A stretch of DNA of 63,962 bases, filler included, from Sanchytrium tribonematis (taxonomy: Eukaryota): assembly GCA_018985235.1 (NCBI GenBank). It is 6 parts of 6 records of this genome, joined end to end, with 100 filler letters (N's around TTAATTAATTAA, not from the genome) between each part and the next. Parts side by side here need not be neighbours in the genome. Positions count along the whole stretch, not along the records: positions 53,630 to 63,962 come from JADGIG010000300.1; 5 more parts are not named here. One strand, given 5' to 3'. Below are positions 56,435 to 63,962 of this stretch, piece by piece. The stretch's first letter is position 1; each line of letters begins with the position of its first letter. The notes under the pieces were generated by a model. It was not told the origin of the DNA. It ran no database searches and saw only the letters and a list, made by a program, of their open reading frames with translations. The position numbers and the translations under genes were made by a program.

Positions 56435-56474
56435 TGATGTTTCAAAATAAAAGTCCCAATTACACTAATATTTA

Positions 56475-58390
56475 CTATTTTTCTGCCATTCCACCTGCAT
56501 GTTTATGCTCCAAAAATTGTTTCAATTCTTCTGGAGCGTAATAAGGTTTTGCGGCGCTTCCGTCGTGTCTCTCACCATCTTCCAATAGCGACAAAAATAC
56601 AGTCTGGATTGCCAACTTCAAAATGGCTGTGAACAGAGATGCAATAAACCAAGTTCCCAATGCAACAAAAAGTAACGGCATCATAAATGTTCCCTTTGAA
56701 TCTTCATCGTCAGAATCATCACTTGAATGATCCAATAGTGCAAAGGTTATAAAACAAGTTATTGCAGTTATCAAAGCTTTGCCTAAAAACATGACAAATT
56801 CGCCAACACCATTTACAACTGCTGCGCGAACTAAATTTCTCCATAAAAGATGAAAAGCCTCCCTGGCTCCCTCGCAAAAACTGTATCCGTAGATTGCAAT
56901 CTAAATAAATAACAAAATACCTCAATATAAGCATTTGTGTTCATAAATTTCAGGACTTTTTCAAAGCAAGCAAAGCAACAAGCCAAACATCCCAAAATTC
57001 TCTTAAGCGTAAGATTTTTAGCTTTCTTAGCTTGCAATTGCAGATAACCAATAACCACTCTTAAAGTTTGAAGTAGCGCAATTAATAAAGATCCCAAAGC
57101 TAATGAACCAAGATGGTATTTTAGAGTTCGCACTACGGATCTCCATACGGTATCCTTTGGGAGAGCCTTTTTGTCTTGAGTCCAGTACCATTGTGCAACT
57201 GCACCAGCGGTAATTGTTTCTGCTATTGCAATAATAAAATTCCAGGTCCAGAATGTACCAAATAAGTAGAATAATTGCAAATAATTAAGAACCTGATTAG
57301 GAGAGTATTTGTTTCTAAGCCTTGCAGATCCTTGAACAGCCGCGTCAGCAATTAAATCACCAGAGGATGCAAGTAGACTCATGATAAACAGGGACCAAGC
57401 AAACACTCCCACAAGAATAATATATTTGATCAATGGAACAAGCATCAAAGCAGGTAAATGTCTGAGCGCAATACTTGCTTGATGCATGAGATCAATAGCC
57501 AAGATTATCCTTTTTCTCAAAAATAATGATACACAGAGCAACAAAAATCCAACCACTACACTTGTAATTCCAGCACCTAACATAATATTTTGATTTAAAT
57601 GCTTGCCACTTGGGCTTGTTTTTCCAATTTGGGCATTGTGCCAATGAACAAGAAAAAATGCGCCTAAACCGAAAAATGCCAAGTTAGTCACTGTCAAGGT
57701 AAACCAAACCATAATTTTACCAAAGATTTGGATAATGAATAGCCACAAAATCGATAGACCTGTTCCAATTAACAATGAAAGTGCAATATACCCAACGGAG
57801 TCTGACAGGGAGCTCCAAATATTGCTCAAAGCATCCATGTTGTTTTGATCGCTTGAAGCAGTCGCTTCGCTATCACTTTGAAAGTTGGAAGATAAAAATT
57901 TTACGCCAGTAACATTAACAACTACATTGCTTGTTGGGATACATCTATATGCATGAGAAGCGACATTATAATACGGAACAGGAACCGTAAAATTAACTTG
58001 ATACTCAGATGGTAATGACTTGTACTGGTTGTCGTAAACTTTATCTTTGATTAAAGTACCATCTGGACTAGGACACTTTTCAACACAGATTGAGTCAGGA
58101 CTGGAATTGATTCCCAAATCAACATAATACAAGTACTTCTTGGAAGTAAAATCAAAATCATAAGTTTTATCTGTTAATGACAATTTGGTGACATCACCAC
58201 AAAGATTACCTAAATAATCTCTACCATATTTTAATCTTTTCACATTACCTTTGGAGATAGCGAATCCACTAATAATGAATAATGCAATCCAAACAGCGAT
58301 AAATAACACCAGCCAGATAATGTCTTTCACTTTTCTGTCCTTAATTGGACCAGGATCTGTACTGTAGTCTTTTTTTGGGGCTTCAGACAT
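56475..58390 (-). CDS. Choline transporter-like protein (CTL/SLC44, Pns1 family) (exons 58390-56921, 56900-56475)
   Basis: YGRDYLGNLCG, AGAVAQWYW, YHLGSLALGSLLIA; spliced NAYIE|IAIYGYSFCEGA. Confidence 0.92.
56901..56920 (-). other. 20-nt spliceosomal intron
   Basis: GTATTTTGTTATTTATTTAG; restores the conserved NAYIxIAIYGxxFC motif. Confidence 0.95.
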
Positions 58391-58537
58391 TCAGAGTTTT
58401 TGAAGGTGGCCCTTTATATAAAGAGTATGACGGTTTAGGCCTTAATACGTCGTTTGATACATTCACGTGCTCATTGATAGCCTATTTAATACTATTAAGA
58501 AAGAATGGTTGCAATTTAAACTTGTTTTCCGTGTATC

Positions 58538-60760
58538 ATGCAATTGTCTGGTGCTTTTATTTCAAACGACAGAAGTCAAATAAGCGATATTATTTTACCG
58601 TTTCAACACAAAGAAATAACCCATATCGCGCTTGATGTCGGAGGAACATTGGCAAAAGTGGTATATTTTACTAAAAGATCGAGTAGCGGTGGAAGATTAA
58701 ATTTTAACAAATTCGAAACTTCAAAAATTGATGAACTTATTGAATTTTTAAAAGGCATAATGCAGGATAGAGACAATATTTCCATTTGCGCAACCGGTGG
58801 TGGATCTCATAAATTTGCTGAAACTTTTAATCAAAGGCTGGGAATTACCTTGAACAAATTTGATGAAATGGACTGCACAGTGAAGGGAATGAATTTTTTG
58901 TTGCATGAAATACCATACGAGGTGTTTGCATTTGATGTGAAAAACGAAAAACAACCCATTAAATACATTAATTTTGCCAAGCCTAAATATCCGTATTTAT
59001 TAGTAAACATTGGGAGTGGTGTAAGTATAATAAAAGTGAAATCGGAGACTGAATTTGATAGAATAAGTGGCAGCAGTGTGGGTGGTGCCACATTTTGGGG
59101 ATTGACAAGTTTATTTGCTAGTTATTCAAATGTATCAAAGTTTGATTTTGACGATATACTGGATCTGACCAAAAAAGGACAAAATCATAACGTAGATTTA
59201 TTAGTCGGAGATATTTATGGTACTGACTACTCCAAGATTGGTCTCAAGTCTACTACTATTGCTTCTTCTTGTGGTAAAATCTTTAAAAAGCTACAGGAGG
59301 GAAAGAATGAGGATCTAAACCCTGAAGATATCAGTTTATCACTACTTTATATGATAAGTAACAATATTGGTCAAATTGCATATTTGAATGCAAAATTACA
59401 TAATATTGAGAGTATTTTCTTTGGAGGGTTTTTTATTCGGGGACACCCTCAAACCATGCATACACTTTCTTATGCCATCAATTTCTGGTCTCAAGGTGAA
59501 ATGAAGGCTTTATTTTCTAGACATGAAGGATTTTTGGGTGCCTTGGGAGCATTTGTTTCTATGAAGTCATCGAATAATAGAGATTCATTCTACGAAAACT
59601 TTTTATATTCGCAAAAGTTTACTGAGGAGTCTCTAAGTAGTTATGGCGTACTAGATAGCAGCACCGAAAAACTTGTCTCCTTTTCACTACTTCAAGAAGA
59701 GCAAAGTTATCATCCAGATACTTATGTGTTTGATGACGAATCTAGAAAATTTTACCTTGATACAATGGAAAATAGTATCTGTGGGACTCAAAAAATTGCT
59801 TTGGATCTTCCAAGCTTGTCGGATGGGTTTTTTAAAGCAACGTTTCCTGAGGTTAGTTTGAATGCAGAGGAACTTGCAGACCGTTTTGGAATATTGTTTA
59901 GAGACAAAATCTCCTTATTACGACAGGACCCAAATGCATACGGAGAACAATCTCTTAGGACTTTATTAAATCTTAGAGAACAATGTCTACGAGAAGTAGG
60001 CTTCCATGACTTGTATTATTTTGTAAAATTAAAAGACAACAAATTAGCCATGAACAGATATAAAGAAACCATAAATTACTTGAAAAGGATGAATGACTAT
60101 GATCATGTCTCCTCTTTAATTCATCACATATTAGCAGGGAACATGTTTGACTGGGGGTCCTCGGAAGTAATTGAACTAGTGGAAAAAGGAGCATTATTAT
60201 TTGACTCTGTGCTAGATCATTTGAAAATATCACCAAAGATGGATAATTCCGAAAAACTAATCAAGACGCTTTTAAAAAATCAATATAAAAAGTGCATTAT
60301 TTTTGTCGACAATTCTGGTTGCGATGTAATTTTGGGCATATTGCCTTTTACCAGGTTTCTTCTAGCTAAGGGAACAAGCTGTATTTTAGCAGCAAATACA
60401 TATCCAGCTCTAAATGATATCACTGCTTCCGAGTTACAAGAATTGATTGATGAGGTTTCAAAAACTGATGAAATTTTTTCCAATGCGATTGACCTAGGAA
60501 ATTTAATGGTTTGCCCAACCGGATCATTTTCACCATGCCTTGATCTTAGTCGGGTAAGTGAAGGACTTTCAAAACATGCTGAAGATGCGGATTTGGTTGT
60601 GCTTGAGGGTATGGGAAGAGCAATACACACAAATTTGAGGTGTAAATTAAAATGCGACGTAATTAAAATTGCTGTTTTTAAAAGTCATTATGTTGCATCT
60701 CAATTAGGCGTCAAGTCGAAAGAAGGTATGGTTTTATTTGAAGAACATTGTGGAATTTAA
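58538..60760 (+). CDS. Type II pantothenate kinase fused to a DUF89 damage-control phosphatase (PANK4-like architecture)
   Basis: DVGGTLAK, ATGGG, DEMDC, VNIGSGVS, RHEGFLGALGA; then AGNMFDWG, FVDNSG.D, EGMGRAIHTN. Confidence 0.93.
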   Translation: MQLSGAFISNDRSQISDIILPFQHKEITHIALDVGGTLAKVVYFTKRSSSGGRLNFNKFETSKIDELIEFLKGIMQDRDNISICATGGGSHKFAETFNQRLGITLNKFDEMDCTVKGMNFLLHEIPYEVFAFDVKNEKQPIKYINFAKPKYPYLLVNIGSGVSIIKVKSETEFDRISGSSVGGATFWGLTSLFASYSNVSKFDFDDILDLTKKGQNHNVDLLVGDIYGTDYSKIGLKSTTIASSCGKIFKKLQEGKNEDLNPEDISLSLLYMISNNIGQIAYLNAKLHNIESIFFGGFFIRGHPQTMHTLSYAINFWSQGEMKALFSRHEGFLGALGAFVSMKSSNNRDSFYENFLYSQKFTEESLSSYGVLDSSTEKLVSFSLLQEEQSYHPDTYVFDDESRKFYLDTMENSICGTQKIALDLPSLSDGFFKATFPEVSLNAEELADRFGILFRDKISLLRQDPNAYGEQSLRTLLNLREQCLREVGFHDLYYFVKLKDNKLAMNRYKETINYLKRMNDYDHVSSLIHHILAGNMFDWGSSEVIELVEKGALLFDSVLDHLKISPKMDNSEKLIKTLLKNQYKKCIIFVDNSGCDVILGILPFTRFLLAKGTSCILAANTYPALNDITASELQELIDEVSKTDEIFSNAIDLGNLMVCPTGSFSPCLDLSRVSEGLSKHAEDADLVVLEGMGRAIHTNLRCKLKCDVIKIAVFKSHYVASQLGVKSKEGMVLFEEHCGI

Positions 60761-61906
60761 TATGGACGACCGCCGCGATGAGGTCTGGTAATACTCCCTC
60801 TGGTTCTTAGATTTGGCGCATTTCTATTTCTATTCTGTATTGAAGTGGGTTGTGCAATTCTGTGATTCCGAGGTGGGCCATAATGTGTTTGAGTTGAGTT
60901 TTGGGAAATCTCATGATGCTCTCCTTTGATATCAATTTTTCCTGGTTCTGTACCAAAAGGACTGCACTTGAACCAAGTAAATCGAGTGGCTTCTTCGGCT
61001 GTTATTCGATGTTGAGGATTGATGTAGAGTAGTTTCTTAATCATTGTAACGGCACCTACAGAAACTTTATATTCTACTGCAAATTTATCAAGCAGAATCG
61101 GTTTTTTTCCTGGAATAAAAGTAAACATTGTCCGTGGAGACCAGTTAATACTTGTTGGATCACCAATGAAGTCGAATATTTTCTGCAACTGATCTTGGTC
61201 ATTCATTCCAGGGAGCAGCGGCTTCCTTTTATACAATTCTCCACATATGATGCCAACACCAAAAACATCAACTCCATAATCATAATCAGCTAAGCCCATG
61301 AGCAGCTCTGGCGCTTTATACCATCGCGTTACGACTAAGTAAATAAATTGTACCATTTCCTGTGAGTTTTCTGACTTTTGATGTATCTGGTTTGTCAAGA
61401 TATCTAGCAAGCCCAAAATCTGCAATCTTAACAAAGCCTTTTTTAGAAACAAGCATGTTTGCTGACTTGATGTCTCTGTGAATCACGCCTTGAGAATGCA
61501 AATATTTTAAACCTGTGAGCATTTGATGTATAAACGACTTAATAATTGGCTCTGTGAATTTAAAGGAAGACTGTAACAATCCTGTCAAATCGTGATCCAT
61601 GTATTCAAATGCAAAGTATATATCAAAGGGCTTGATCTTGTCATCATCTTTTGAGTCTGAAAAAATGTCTATTAATTTTATAATATTTACATGGTTTAAC
61701 TTTTGCAAGATTCTAAATTCTCTATAGTACACAATTTGAATTCCATGATCGTTGCTCAAATCTCCTTTTAACATTTTCAAAGCAACTACATTCCCAGTTT
61801 TCTTGTGCAGAGCTTTGTTCACTTTACCGTAAACTCCTTGACCGCATACTTTTAAAATTTCATAATCGTCGAAAGATGGTAATGTGACAGTTTCTTCCAT
61901 AGCCAT
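60757..61906 (-). CDS. Transcriptional CDK (Bur1/Ctk1/CDK9-CDK12-like) (exons 61906-61354, 61334-60757)
   Basis: GQGVYGKV, VALK, FEYMDHDLTGLL, HRDIKSAN, DFGLAR; spliced LTGNV|VTRWYKAPELLMG. Confidence 0.9.
61335..61353 (-). other. 19-nt spliceosomal intron
   Basis: GTACAATTTATTTACTTAG; restores the activation-loop VVTRWY motif. Confidence 0.96.
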
Positions 61907-61931
61907 TTTCAAGGAGATTTATTTATATTTT

Positions 61932-63962
61932 TTACAATTTAAGAATTTTCAATGTTTTCTCGATCTTGGCTTTTGCGTCTTCTGATAGATTTTTGTCTCC
62001 AGCTAAAAGTTTTTCCAAAAGTATTCTGGCTTGATCTTTAGTGACGTGGGCAAATTTAACACGTCTCACGCTTTCTATTAGGTATTGATCTGGATTATTG
62101 GATGCTAATAAAGACATTAGTTCATGAAGCAACAAAAGCTTGGGCTCATTCACTCTGACTGAGTAAACGGCAAATGCGGATTCGAGAAAAAGCAAGTCAT
62201 TTTTCAATTGCTGAACATAATTCATATTAAACTTTTTAATGGAATCATCAAGCAAGCAATTGGTCTGAATAAGATTGGGTTACCAGTAAATAATCAACGA
62301 TAATATCTAACATTTTCTGAAAAAATGTAGAATTTAAATAGGATTTCATAGTTCCAAATACAGATCCAAGGATATCTTCTAAAAACCTTGTTAAATCTTT
62401 AATGTAAGAGCTCGTTGGTTCAATTACTCGCGGGACCACCTCATAATTACTCAATTCTAAAAATTGACTAATTCTTTCATAAACTTTTTTCTCTAGTTTA
62501 TCTTCTATAAATTTTCTAGTTTCTTCTAAAGCTGAAATACTTCCTAATCTGATACCATGGCTTTTGCTGGATATTTGACCAGCCTCCAAAAGCTTTTGTA
62601 AATTTTTACAAATAAAACTATAAAAAATTAGGTTTTTCCAAATTACAGTTAATTGAGTCAAATTTGAAGATCCTTGAGCTTCGGTTTTCAATGGCGAATT
62701 GATGTAATATACGAATAAATTGTCAATAAATTTCTGAAGTATTTCATCAATATCATTCCTTTTGAACCTTGTATCATCTAAAAACAGCAAATAATTTTTA
62801 ACAAAATTCAAAGTTTCTCTTGAACACGTCACCACTTGAGAGGAAAATGGGAGTTCCGCTGGAAATGTGAGATAATCTTCAATATTTAAAGGTATAACTT
62901 GACAAATTTCTTTCAAAACAATTCCATCAGTCACTTGATACGGGGCATAGTTGTCATCTTCAATTGCTTTAAGCAACACCTCACTGCACGAAGTTTTCAT
63001 CTTTTCGCAAAATAGTTCAAACATAAAATCAAATGTTTCCAAATTAGATGTAAAACCGTAGAGCTCAATTGTTTTTACAAAAAGAGCAATTGAATTTTTA
63101 ATTTCGATCAATTTGTTTGTTTCTGCCTCCATAATGATATTTTTTAACTTCGAATCTAATTGAGTTTGGGTGGTTTTCCATAGGGCTTCAACCCCAGCTT
63201 TTGTTCTAAATTGGGTGGTTTTCCGCAAAATTTCCTCCTCGATTAAATAAAATCCAGCAATATCATTAAATGTATTTTCAAGATTTTTCAAATTTAAATT
63301 GTAAGGAATCAATAGCTCGGCTTGTTTTGATCGATCGGATTCGAATTGCTTGACAAGATCCTCCTTTGTCCCCAAAAGATCATAAGTATATATAGCTTTG
63401 AACAATGGCCCGAAATCAATCAGCTCTGATATGATGTCATCATTGTGAATTTCTTTGATGACATAAAGCAGCCCACTGGTGTCCAGAAAATTCATGTCCT
63501 GTACACTTTGCCATAGCTTTGTCAATTTGTCTGGAAGTTTTTCCTTTGGCTCTACTTGAGGTTGAGCATCCGAAATTCCTTGTTGCATTTCCTTATTTAA
63601 TTGCATGCCCCTTTTTCCTATCAAAGGAGCATTTTCACGCAGCAAAACAAGCCATTCTGTGACTAGTCCATTTGCTTTAGTCAGGATTGCATTTTCTTGA
63701 TTATTGATTGCTTTTAAAAGTTGTTTTAGAAACGAGTATTGTTTAATTAGTGAAGATTGTTTGACTTGCTTATAGATGCTCAATGTTTTAAAAATAAGGC
63801 TCTCTTGTAAATATTGATTTCCTTTCTCAAAAAGCTCTAGCAACTCGATGATTCTATCCATTTGATTAATGTGATCGCTCAAAATTTCCAATTCAACTTT
63901 TTTTTCGTGCATCAATTCTTCCTCATCGTGAACTGATTTCAATACTAAACTTATTTCTGCAA
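61932..63962 (-). CDS. SEC15: Exocyst component Sec15/EXOC6 (5'-truncated; exons 63962-62284, 62264-61932)
   Basis: EWLVLLRENAPLIG, IDFGPLFKAIYTY..LG, DRSKQAEL, IAGFYLIE, LPFS; spliced YLL|TNCLLDDSIKKFNMN. Confidence 0.85.
62265..62283 (-). other. 19-nt spliceosomal intron
   Basis: GTAACCCAATCTTATTCAG; joins the 62248 and 61932 ORFs in frame. Confidence 0.88.

Noticed and set aside
35341..61360. Programmed frameshifting, pseudogenes or stop-codon reassignment to explain split ORFs
   Set aside because: Each break coincides with a consensus GTA...AG element whose removal restores correct spacing; TAA, TAG and TGA all act as normal stops elsewhere.

Overview
Eukaryotic, AT-rich, extremely gene-dense nuclear DNA in the standard genetic code, with about 55 protein-coding genes. 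Fungal-type genes (RTA1, Con7, SreA-type GATA, tricalbin, Cub1, GT71, Mgm101) together with cilium/centriole genes (CEP104, CFAP58, centrin) suggest a zoosporic early-diverging fungus or close relative (inference). The window is not one locus. It is six contigs of about 10.6 kb joined in decreasing size order by an artificial 100-nt N44-TTAATTAATTAA-N44 linker. The main discovery is a system of ultra-short spliceosomal introns. I resolved 13 of them (nine of 19 nt, three of 20 nt, one of 21 nt). All start GTA, and 12 of 13 end YTNAYNNAG, which puts a putative branch A exactly 6 nt from the 3' end. Removing each one restores the reading frame, in many cases a conserved protein motif. I found at most one intron per gene, biased to the 3' half. 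Other signals are a TTGAAAC motif just upstream of many start codons, convergent genes whose stops touch or overlap, a 29-nt gap between divergent start codons, an in-frame cyclin-TAG-CFAP58 junction, and miniaturised proteins. I found no rRNA, tRNA, CRISPR array or recognisable transposon.
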